From Ignavibacteriota bacterium (lineage in GTDB: Bacteria; Bacteroidota; Ignavibacteria; UBA10030): DNA of 64,000 nucleotides. The position numbers and the translations under genes are program-made. The notes under the pieces are model-generated. The model saw nothing but the letters and a program-made list of their open reading frames with translations, made no database searches and had not been told where the DNA came from. Each line of letters opens with the position of its first letter. Within the stretch, counting starts at the first letter, position 1. The stretch covers positions 3,104,001-3,168,000 of the forward strand of contig OY969585.1 of NCBI GenBank assembly GCA_963701295.1. Direction: 5' to 3'. This document shows, in pieces, positions 40,266 to 49,271 of the stretch.

Positions 40266-40422
40266 ACCTAACGGATCGGCGCTAAGCTGCGGCACTGATA
40301 ACTTCCATAATGTACTAAACGAACCAAGTTCATTCACTTCACTTTCAATTCTGCACTTGACCTCTACGCGCAATGCAAAATGCACTCGCGCCTTTACCGT
40401 TAGCTTGAGCCGCAGGTTAGGC
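40266..40422 (-). repeat. attC site (157 bp)
   Basis: ACCTAACGGATCGGCGCTAAGCTGCGG...CCGTTAGCTTGAGCCGCAGGTTAGGC. Confidence 0.88.
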
Positions 40423-40436
40423 CGCCATATTTTGAT

Positions 40437-41387
40437 TTACCAACTACTCAGCGGGCCACCATAGGCTCCCTGATCATTTCGAGTTCCATCAACATCGTTA
40501 TATTTAGAATCCGGGTTGCCAGCATTAATGCAAGGTGATGATGTTAACAAATGGAAGTCAGTTGCGGAAACAAAGTATGGATTATTAGCTGCCTCAAGAA
40601 AATTATACTTAGCCATATAATGACTCGAATCGGTCTGATAAAAAGATATTCTTGGATCGCCCGATGCGTTTGTATTTGCATAGAATATGTTATTCTGAAC
40701 GCTATCAATAACTGAACTTACGAGGAGAAGACCGCCTGCGTAATTATTGGAACTATTATTATAGAAAGTATTATTGACGATTTTATTCGAAGATGAGGAA
40801 GAAAGCAAAGCACCCCCGAACCCAACAGCATAATTATTGATAAAAATATTATTGGTTATGGTTGAGTTTGACTGATCAAGATACAGACCGCCTCCATTGT
40901 TCGATTTATTATTTCTGAAGATCGAATTATGAATCACGACATTAGAATTTGCAACCTCTACAGCTCCATTTCTGATAGTATCATACTTGATAGTAAGATC
41001 GACATTTTCAATGATGGCAAATTGAATAATAGATTGGATCGATGTTCCTGTAATTTGAATCCCTTCCCATGACACATTCTTTGAAGTGAACAGTATTTGA
41101 CTTGTAGAAGTACCAATACAAGAAAGTTTGCCTCGAACAATTAATTGAGTTGAATCCTCGAAATATATCCGAACGCCAGCTTCAATGGTTAGCATACTGG
41201 AAGAATCTATAATAAGAGTATTTGTGACTCTATAGGGAGAACCACTTGCAGTTAGAATAGTATTAAGATGACCGCTGATGACAGTGTATTGCTCGGGAGT
41301 AGGTTCAATTGGAGATTCGTTTTTTGAACAACCAGATAGAATTATCCCAAATGCAATAAAGACAAGTAAGACAATCTGTTTTTGCAT
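40437..41387 (-). CDS. Lipoprotein with right-handed parallel beta-helix (cassette)
   Basis: Lipobox LSGC; N-rich FxNN/GGGL repeats; DFHL..SSPCINAG...DGTRNDQGAYGGP. Confidence 0.8.
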   Translation of the reverse strand: MQKQIVLLVFIAFGIILSGCSKNESPIEPTPEQYTVISGHLNTILTASGSPYRVTNTLIIDSSSMLTIEAGVRIYFEDSTQLIVRGKLSCIGTSTSQILFTSKNVSWEGIQITGTSIQSIIQFAIIENVDLTIKYDTIRNGAVEVANSNVVIHNSIFRNNKSNNGGGLYLDQSNSTITNNIFINNYAVGFGGALLSSSSSNKIVNNTFYNNSSNNYAGGLLLVSSVIDSVQNNIFYANTNASGDPRISFYQTDSSHYMAKYNFLEAANNPYFVSATDFHLLTSSPCINAGNPDSKYNDVDGTRNDQGAYGGPLSSW

Positions 41388-41406
41388 ATTATTCCTTTTA
41401 TATGGC

Positions 41407-41450
41407 GCCTAACGGTCGGCGCTAAGCTGCGGCATCAATAATTTTCAAGT
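41407..41450 (-). repeat. attC half-site (L'/R' only)
   Basis: GCCTAACGGTCGGCGCTAAGCTGCGGCATCAATAATTTTCAA; no matching R''/L''. Confidence 0.75.
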
Positions 41451-41457
41451 TTTTCTT

Positions 41458-42760
41458 TCATCTCAGTAAAACTAATTTCTTTGTTTCTGTAAACGATCCA
41501 GCCTGTAAACGATAAAAGTATATACCGCTTGATACATTGGCCGCATTCCATGGTTGATTATGATTACCAGCTTGCATTTCTCCATTTATTAATGTCTCAA
41601 CCTCTCTCCCTAAAATGTCATAGAGTTTTAAAATTACAAATGATCTTTTAGCGAGGGTGAAGGAAATAGTTGTACTGGGATTAAACGGATTTGGAAAGTT
41701 CTGCTTCAAAGAAAATGAAAAGGGTTCTGAGTTTCCTTTTTCTATCTTTATTTCAGTGGGAGAAGTTGTAACCCAGACACCGGAACTTGTCCCGGCAAAG
41801 ATACCGTCGCTGTTTACAGCCAGGGACCAAATACGGGTGTTGGCAGGTATCCCCGAGCTGAATGAAGCCCAGGTTACGCCGCCGTCGGCCGAGCGGTGGA
41901 CTCCGTTGTCATCTGTGCCGGCAAAAAGCTGATCATTCACAACGACGAAGCAATTTACGTTCTCCAGGCCGGAATTGTCTGCCGCCCAGTTCGTGCCGTA
42001 ATTGTCGGATATAAAAACACCGGTCAAGGTTACTGCGAACAATCTAGTACCCAACACCGCGAGCTGGGAGATGTGCATATCAGTAAGGCCAGAATTGATT
42101 GCAGTCCAGCTTGTTCCGCCGTTTGTTGTTTTGAAAACACCGTTGCTGGCACTTCCTGCAAAAATGGTGTTCCCACTTGCAACAATAGAGGCAATACGGG
42201 CATCCACTGGTATTCCCGAACTTACTCCGGTCCAGGGTACTGCCATCGTCCAAGGATTTATAGATACCACCTGTTATGCCCGCAAAAAGAGTGGAATTAA
42301 TCATCACAATGGACCATATGGTAGTATCTGCAGCTATTCCAGTGGGTACGACAGCATTCCAGGTTCTGCCGTCATCGGTGGATTGAAAAAACCCATTCCA
42401 TGTACCGACAAGAATTTTGGAGTTCAACATTACAATGGATAGAATGTCAATGCTGCTGTCTGCAGAACCGATCTGAGTCCAGTTCGTGCCGTCATCGGCG
42501 GTAAGAAACATACGGCCGCCATTAAGACTGTCCCATATCCGTGCAAAAACCTTGTCCTGGCTCGTGTATAGACTAAAAAAACTGTTGCTTGCCGGCCAAT
42601 TTGTCTGTATCCATCCGCTGTCGAGCGTGGTTGTGTAGACCGAAGCGCCGGCATTGCCATGCACATTGGCTGCGGCAACCGGCGTAAAACCAACCACTGC
42701 ATTTCCGAATGACAATACAACGGCCATCCAGGCCGTAGAGAACCGCAAAACTTGTTTCAT
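41458..42760 (-). pseudogene. BNR/Asp-box beta-propeller protein with T9SS CTD, frameshifted
   Basis: S.D.G.TW repeats in both ORFs; extra C at GGCAGTACCCTGG (~42236); CTD LKQNFPNPFNPST...SGIYFYRL...KKLVLLR. Confidence 0.8.
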
Positions 42761-42810
42761 TTTTATTTCATGCTTCCTTTTCTACAATTAATACCATCAC
42801 AGATTTTCTC

Positions 42811-44190
42811 CTATATCACCTGTGTCCATGAGAGACCATACGAACTTGCCGTCGCGTTCGGCGTTATGCCCAGTCCGGGTCCATTTGGTACATATGAATG
42901 TCCGTCGCTTTGAATAAACGGCCTTATAAAACCGTCAACCACGCTGTCAAACCAGGAGTTGCACGAATCGTCTACATGGTGGTATTCCAAGGCGAGAAAA
43001 TCGGGGATGCCCGCGGCAATTTGAAGGTTGGCTGCAAACGAGAACGGCCCCCCAGCGAAGTGTAACGCAGTAAGAATGCCTTTCGAATGCGCATACAAGG
43101 CGGCACGGCTGGTCTCGTGTATCCCTCCGAAAGAGGCTTGATCCGGGTGAATATAATCCAACCTCCCCGCATCGATCCATGGCTTGATCTCGCTAAAGCT
43201 ATAAATGTCCTCACCGGTAAGAATCGGCATATCTGTACCGGCGGTTACCTGTGCGAATTGATCGGGATACCACCATTGGATGATGTCTTCCATCCATCCC
43301 CCGTTCATACCCTGATTGTTCGACTCCGACATAAGATTGGCAAGATTAACAGCCGAAGGAACATCGAGATTAATTTTACTGGCCCACCCTTGATAGTGAT
43401 CGGATGAGAGAGGATAATCAGGGCCGATCAAGCTTCGATATTGCCCGGCGTAGTTCGCAAACTTTTGAAGCCCCGAATCTTTAATAGTATAGCATGTGTA
43501 AGGATAGCCGCTTTCGGATTGTGAGGTGTAATCGGTATTCATAGTGCACAGGGAAGTAAGAGTCATATCCGCTTTAAACCATGTAAACCCCATGTCTAAC
43601 CGGGCCTGGACGTATTGCGGCAATGTGTCCGCGGTCCTCTCAGTAGTGTCGCAATATAATCGCACTTTATCTCTGAGTTTAGGGCCGATGAGTTTCCATA
43701 TCGGCATGTTATACACTTTGCCGATAATGTCCCAGCAGGCCACCTCGATGCCGCAAAATGCTCCTGAGCGTGGCGGAATCAGGCTCATGGAGTAGGCGCT
43801 GCGCGGATCGTAATAAGCCAGGATGGCATTGTTCATTGCATTGAAAACTCTGTCAACCTGAGTAGGGTTCATTCCAATAACGGCCGGCTTGAGGTAGCTC
43901 AGGTCGGTTGCAACATAGCCGTCGTTTTCACGGCATTCGCCATATCCCGAAATCCCTTTATTCGTATCGAGACGAACAATAACACCGCCACATCCACTCA
44001 GTTGCCCTATGTACATATCGGTAATATAGATCCCCTTTTCGCCGGGGGTAATTGCAGCCCTGGCGAAGTTAAATGGGTCTATTATGCCTGCAATCCCCGT
44101 TGTCGCGGCAGCGGTGACACCAAGCATCTTTAGAAACTTGCGTCTCACCATAGATGAGGAGCTGATTTTAATTCCAGCGTTGTTGGCCAT
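42811..44190 (-). CDS. Mandelate racemase/muconate lactonising enzyme-family protein with Tat signal
   Basis: VRRKFLK twin-arginine motif; G.SGYGE, WDIIGK...PIWKLIG, KAD, WMED, TGED, P.GPGLGI. Confidence 0.85.
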   Translation of the reverse strand: MANNAGIKISSSSMVRRKFLKMLGVTAAATTGIAGIIDPFNFARAAITPGEKGIYITDMYIGQLSGCGGVIVRLDTNKGISGYGECRENDGYVATDLSYLKPAVIGMNPTQVDRVFNAMNNAILAYYDPRSAYSMSLIPPRSGAFCGIEVACWDIIGKVYNMPIWKLIGPKLRDKVRLYCDTTERTADTLPQYVQARLDMGFTWFKADMTLTSLCTMNTDYTSQSESGYPYTCYTIKDSGLQKFANYAGQYRSLIGPDYPLSSDHYQGWASKINLDVPSAVNLANLMSESNNQGMNGGWMEDIIQWWYPDQFAQVTAGTDMPILTGEDIYSFSEIKPWIDAGRLDYIHPDQASFGGIHETSRAALYAHSKGILTALHFAGGPFSFAANLQIAAGIPDFLALEYHHVDDSCNSWFDSVVDGFIRPFIQSDGHSYVPNGPGLGITPNATASSYGLSWTQVI

Positions 44191-44261
44191 AAATGGTACA
44201 CTTCTTCATAGATGAGGAATGATTTAGTGATTATTTTATATAAGCATAAGACTTTCAGCAA

Positions 44262-44412
44262 GCAGGATCTGCGCTAAGCTGCGGCGCTGATAAATTTCAA
44301 AATGCACCCAACGAAACAAGTTCATGTTGGCTCTTTCAATTTTGTACTGACCTATGCGCGCCATGCTTAACGTACTCACGCTTATTCCGTCAGCTTGAGC
44401 GCCTGGTTAGGC
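44262..44412 (-). repeat. attC site with degenerate R'
   Basis: GGATCTGCGCTAAGCTGCGG...CCGTCAGCTTGAGCGCCTGGTTAGGC; RYYYAAC end lost. Confidence 0.75.
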
Positions 44413-44420
44413 AACAAAAG

Positions 44421-45273
44421 TTATTTGATATTATATTGTTTCATTAATTCTAGAAGATCTGTTGATGTAACTGCATGTCCCAAGACAAGCTGCGTCTGAC
44501 TTCTAAGATAATTTAGGACTTCTGCTACAACCTGCCCCTCTGTAACAGTGTCTTTTTTCCCGCTGTCTGATATTTTATAGAATGAAAAACCATATTTTTG
44601 TTTAGATAATGCATCTAAAGCACTCTCAATATCCGAGGGAATGGGTGCAAGCTTGCTAGACACCACTCCAATAACTTCACCATCATCAATGTCTAGTACC
44701 TGGACCGCCAGAATTTCCACTGTTAAATGCTGCATTTACAACCCACCGTAAAGACAATTGTCCAGATGACGTTAGAACTTGATCAATACCAGATAAATAT
44801 CCTACAGTCAGTAAAGGTGAAACACCATTGTAACCAGAAGGAAAACCCCAAGTTGTGATAGTGGATCCAGTCATTATTTCTGTCTTTGTGCTAAGTCTTA
44901 GCAATGGAACTTTTAGAGACGATGAGGGTTTGAGAATTGCTAAATCTTTGTTTGCATCGCTTATTACTGAATCCACTTTTGATTTTTGACCATTAGAATA
45001 TATTAGAAGTATTTCTTGTTTTGGACAATTTGCGATCACATGTGCGGCTGTAGCAATCCAGTCATTGGTAACAAAAAAACCTGTTCCACCCATTCTCGTA
45101 TTCAAGCAGATAATCCGCAGGACTGCTTGGTTAGCGATTTTGCCCATTTTACCGGGAGATTCATTTGTTATTGGTGCTGAAATTAATATAGAGTTTCGAT
45201 CTGTTTGTCCAGTACAAATAGTGACGAAAATTAATTCTACAGCAAACAAAATAGCGAGCATAAATGTTTTCAT
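44421..45273 (-). pseudogene. Trypsin-like serine protease, frameshifted (cassette)
   Basis: GTGF, TAAHV, DLAIL, NSGNSGGP, then frameshift near 44700 into VLDIDDGEVIGVVSSK. Confidence 0.85.
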
Positions 45274-45291
45274 AAAATGACTCCTTTTGCT

Positions 45292-45388
45292 GCCTAACGA
45301 CCGGCGCTAAGCTGCGGCAACAATTCTTTTTCACTTGCTTATCCATCCCTCGATACCGGTCAGGTCAAGTTTGAGCGCCTGGTTAGGC
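45292..45388 (-). repeat. attC site (97 bp, short variant)
   Basis: GCCTAACGACCGGCGCTAAGCTGCGG...GTTTGAGCGCCTGGTTAGGC. Confidence 0.75.
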
Positions 45389-45893
45389 CGTGCCCGATTT
45401 GATCAAGTAACTCAACACGGTCATGATTTCGTCGAACGAACCAATCCGCCAGTAATGGACGATATTCTCGCTGCCACTCTTCGGGAAGAAGAAAGAAATC
45501 GCCTGCAACTTCCCTGCGACATCGCTTTGATCCACAATGGCATGGCCAAGATGTGCCGCCGGTAATATTAATGTTGTAATCAATTGTGATCTCTTCTCCT
45601 GTTGAGATTCCTCGGCGAGCAACAAGGTATGATATTTCTCCTTCAAATAATTGATAGGCATTTGGATCGCAACAGTGATTGACATGGCGATCTGGAAATC
45701 CTAACAGTAGCACTTTACCGTCGGGATAGTCACAATGGTCTATTCGCTCACCGAGTTCCTCTCGGATAGGGGAGTCGACTGTAATTTCTCGAATGACATT
45801 GACACGGCTAATACGCTCGCCAATTCGAAACGGTCGTACCGCAAATATTCCCAAGCCCTGAATGGAAGATGTTTTGACTTCAATGTTGTTCAT
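45360..45893 (-). CDS. SET-domain protein-lysine methyltransferase-like (cassette)
   Basis: S.IQGLGIFA, VNHCCDPN, GEEITIDY, post-SET CHCGSKRC. Confidence 0.88.
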   Translation of the reverse strand: MNNIEVKTSSIQGLGIFAVRPFRIGERISRVNVIREITVDSPIREELGERIDHCDYPDGKVLLLGFPDRHVNHCCDPNAYQLFEGEISYLVARRGISTGEEITIDYNINITGGTSWPCHCGSKRCRREVAGDFFLLPEEWQREYRPLLADWFVRRNHDRVELLDQIGHGLTRRSNLT

Positions 45894-45927
45894 AATGAAA
45901 TCGAATTAGCTAACTGCTTTTCACACG

Positions 45928-46079
45928 GCCTAACGGATCGACGCTAAGCTGCGACGATGAATACTTTCAAAGTGTACTATCACCGCGCAAGATTGATAAC
46001 TTAAATTCATAATCTAAACTTTCCACGCGCGGTAATTTGTACAATTGCTCCAACCGTCAGCTTGAGCGCCTGGTTAGGG
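45928..46079 (-). repeat. attC site (152 bp)
   Basis: GCCTAACGGATCGACGCTAAGCTGCG...CCGTCAGCTTGAGCGCCTGGTTAGGG. Confidence 0.9.
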
Positions 46080-46093
46080 CGCAAACCTTATTA

Positions 46094-46492
46094 TTAAATT
46101 CTGCGTTCTTCAACAATAGTTCCTTGGTGATACACAATCTTCCAATTATCATTTGAGCGGCGCCAAATGGTTGCTCTCCGCGTTATCCGATCTCTCTGAA
46201 TCAAAGTGTAGGTAACAAGTTAATGATCCGTGGCTATTTCAAGGCAATCAAAGTCCTTTGTTTTCCAAATATCTTCGGTTGGATTTTTAAACCGTTTTTC
46301 CAATTCTTCTAAGACATATTCACGATTGTAACGTCTACCTGAAGCTCCGACTTCCCAGAAAGTCGTTTCTGTCATATTCTCAAAATCCTTACGAGTAGTT
46401 CCATATTCTGGCCGATGAAAGATAGGTTCAAGCTTCATCAGTTCTTTCAATACATCCGTTGTCTTTTGTTCTGCGATTGAATGTGATACCAT
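46094..46492 (-). pseudogene. DUF4440/NTF2-like protein with in-frame nonsense codon
   Basis: FWEVGASGRRY...IATDH*LVTYTLIQRDRITRRATIWRR...WKIVYHQGT; TAA at 46220 in an otherwise intact frame. Confidence 0.85.
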
Positions 46493-46523
46493 ATGTTTTC
46501 TTTTATTGAGGAAATTGTTTGCG

Positions 46524-46685
46524 CCCTAACGGACCGGCGCTAAGCTGCGGCGCTGATAATTTTCGTAATGCAACCAACGAAACAAGTTCATGCTTATAAC
46601 CAAATTGATAAGTATCAAAGTTATAGGTACTAAAAACCGAATAATAAAAACGAAAGCCCACCACAAGCAATGCTTAACGTACTCA
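46524..46685 (-). repeat. attC partial (L'/R' plus long loop; R''/L'' missing)
   Basis: CCCTAACGGACCGGCGCTAAGCTGCGG...GCAATGCTTAACGTACTC then unrelated sequence. Confidence 0.8.
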
Positions 46686-46714
46686 ATAACTACCTTCATC
46701 GTGTGAGCACAATG

Positions 46715-47648
46715 CTACTTCGATTCTTTCCTACCTTGAATATTCAAAAGTGGTGTCAATTTTTGGTCGTACGGCAAAATAATTGTCGAGTTATTGGGAC
46801 TATTCACTACATCTTTGAGCTGGGAGATGTAATACCATTGCAGATAATTCTGCGTCAATCCATTGCCAATTATTTTTTGAGCATTCGAAATACCCTGAGC
46901 CTCAATTGCTTTTCGTTGCGCCTCCTTCTGAGCATACTGTATGGTATACTCCATTTGTTGCGCTTCCTGAGAAGCTTTAAGTTTTGCCGCAATGGCATCG
47001 CTGACAGTTGCCGGTGGTTCTACATTTCTAATAAGCACATTATCCAAAATTACGCCTTTACCGTTCAATTCCTGCAGCAATAATTCAGTAACCATCTTCG
47101 TATAGGCATCTCTTTGGAGAGACATAACATCGCTTGCGTCAAACTTCGTGGCAGCATTTACCAGGGCAGTTCTAATGGCTGGCCTTACAATCACTTCTTC
47201 ATAGTTAAGCCCAATATTGCTGTAAACATTATTTGCTTGCGATGGATCTAAATGATACCAAACAGCTGACATCAAATTTCAGAATAAGTTGATCGCGGGA
47301 TAATGTGGCAACAGCATCATCACCGACCTTATTCCCTTCGTTTTTGACTGAAGACATAGTGTAGTCTTTCGTTTGAATAGACATTTTATACACATCAGTT
47401 AAAAAAAAGATCGGATGAATACCGGCTGGGAGAGACTGTGAACCAACATTGCCAAACGTAACAGGAACTCCTACATATCCTGGTTCAATAATCGTAAAAG
47501 AAGCAGAAAGCAAGGATAATACTGCCAATCCAAGACTTGCAAATCCGAGTTTCTTAAAATTAAAGGGGTAAGAGACATTCCGTGGCTTAACGGTCAGCAG
47601 AGCAATTCCTACAGCAGCAAACAACACAATAAAGAATGAAGCGGTCAT
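46715..47648 (-). pseudogene. SPFH/prohibitin-family membrane protein, frameshifted
   Basis: IEPGYVGV..FG.V...L.AGIH and P.IRTAL...AIAAKLKASQEAQQ in two frames joined near 47265. Confidence 0.82.
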
Positions 47649-47787
47649 GATTTTCTCCTTTGTTTTTTGTTCTTATTACTAATTTTTGATATTACAATTT
47701 ACAAATTTCTAGAGCACTCCGCGAGCGTCTATATATTTCCTTCTGCTTATAAACTTGTTCGTGCGGGATATTGCATCCGCGTTCTGA

Positions 47788-47813
47788 CCGTTAGCATGAG
47801 CCGCCGATTAGGC
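47788..47813 (-). repeat. Degenerate attC half-site (R''/L'' only)
   Basis: CCGTTAGCATGAGCCGCCGATTAGGCGGTAC, complementary to cassette start GCACCGCCTAAC at 49124-49135. Confidence 0.6.
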
Positions 47814-47863
47814 GGTACCCAGAGATGCGTTCATAAAATGTGATAGAGTCTCACAATAATCAC

Positions 47864-49042
47864 TTAGTGTTTTATTGGGGAAAGTTTTTTCAACATATCT
47901 ACGGCATTAGTATTTTTTGGATCCAACTCAAGAGATTTCTTGTAGTTCACAATCGCAAGATCATTGTTTCCGTCATCCATGTACGCTTCACCCAGACTAT
48001 CGTACACATTTGATGACGCGGGGTAGGCCTCGACATTAAGCTGTAAAATCTGAATAGCTTCTTTTGTTTTTTTCATATTTAGGAGTGCATAACCAAGATC
48101 ATTCAATTCATTTTCACCAAGGTTATAGTTGTTTGGTTCATTTTGCTTTAGACGATGGTATTGAGCTAATGCGGAGCCAATACCTTTCTGTCTTATTGTC
48201 GAAAACAACGACTCAAGTATTGTCTTCTTACTGTAGGCCAATTTAATTCCCGTCGTCAATGCTTCTCCCGGGGTGGCGAAATGCTCGACATTATTGAGAT
48301 TTTCGAACTCCATTTCCAAGCCTGCGTAGTTCCTTTTCGCTATGACGTCTGAGAATTCTGCAATTCGCTTTGGAAGTCCTTCCGCAAGAATCAGTTTTAC
48401 AGGAAGATCGGTATGCCTTCGTGCGTAGTCAACTTCGACGTCAAAGAATCTATCATCAAACCCTTCGAGTACGATGTACCGCCTGAAAAGTGTCGGTTCT
48501 TGGAAAAGTGCGTAGAAACCAAAATATGCTCCTTGTGAACCTCCCAACAGAGTACGATCCGTCGAATCCGCTTTAAGATGGGTTTCTACATAGGGAATCA
48601 GTTCTTCTCGAAGAAATCGTAGATATTTTTCAGCTCCAAGTGTAAATGGGTCGAAATCCCTATTGCGCATGTTCTTTCCGCCCTCTTTGGGTAGTAGTTT
48701 ACTACCATACGCGGGGCTCACAATGATAAGCTTAGGCACAAAGTGTCCGTAGTATAGATATTGTACTATGTCTGTGACCATAGCAAACATATGATCTCCA
48801 TCTAAAAGATAGAGCACCGGATAGGATTTAATGGAATCATTGTATCCTTGTGGAAACCATATCTTGATGAAATAATCCGTGCCTGTGTTGATCGAATGAA
48901 TCTGCCTCAGTTCAGTGCCATCAATAGGAACTTTCGGATAGACTGTCCTGGCAGTTGAGTCATTTTGCGCACTGACATTGCTGCAAATACTCAACAATGC
49001 ATATAAAAGAGCACCTACTAGAAAAGTGAAATGTTTTTTCAT
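47864..49042 (-). CDS. Secreted IroE/Fes-like esterase with C-terminal TPR (cassette)
   Basis: YPVLYLLDGD, GGSQG nucleophile elbow, H; TPR LNDLGY...NVYDSLGEAY...SLELDPKN. Confidence 0.82.
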   Translation of the reverse strand: MKKHFTFLVGALLYALLSICSNVSAQNDSTARTVYPKVPIDGTELRQIHSINTGTDYFIKIWFPQGYNDSIKSYPVLYLLDGDHMFAMVTDIVQYLYYGHFVPKLIIVSPAYGSKLLPKEGGKNMRNRDFDPFTLGAEKYLRFLREELIPYVETHLKADSTDRTLLGGSQGAYFGFYALFQEPTLFRRYIVLEGFDDRFFDVEVDYARRHTDLPVKLILAEGLPKRIAEFSDVIAKRNYAGLEMEFENLNNVEHFATPGEALTTGIKLAYSKKTILESLFSTIRQKGIGSALAQYHRLKQNEPNNYNLGENELNDLGYALLNMKKTKEAIQILQLNVEAYPASSNVYDSLGEAYMDDGNNDLAIVNYKKSLELDPKNTNAVDMLKKLSPIKH

Positions 49043-49128
49043 GACTATTCCCTCCTATGTTTGATTTGTTGTTCGCGCATCAGCCTAGCAACGATAACCT
49101 ATTGCACAGTTGATAAACGTACAGCACC

Positions 49129-49170
49129 GCCTAACGGATCGGCGCTAAGCTGCCGCACTGATTACTTTCG
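49129..49170 (-). repeat. attC half-site (L'/R' only)
   Basis: GCCTAACGGATCGGCGCTAAGCTGCCGCACTGATTACTTTC. Confidence 0.75.
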
Positions 49171-49271
49171 ATATCGTTCTTTATTATCTTCAACCCATGA
49201 GTACATTTGCTTCCCTCTACTATCGAAGAATGCATTTTGCTCAAACATTCAGGGAAAAACGAGCAACTTTC

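Noticed and set aside
32453-47275. Programmed ribosomal frameshifting or phase variation at the split genes
   Set aside because: No slippery heptamers or long homopolymer/SSR tracts at the four junctions; decay or sequencing error is simpler
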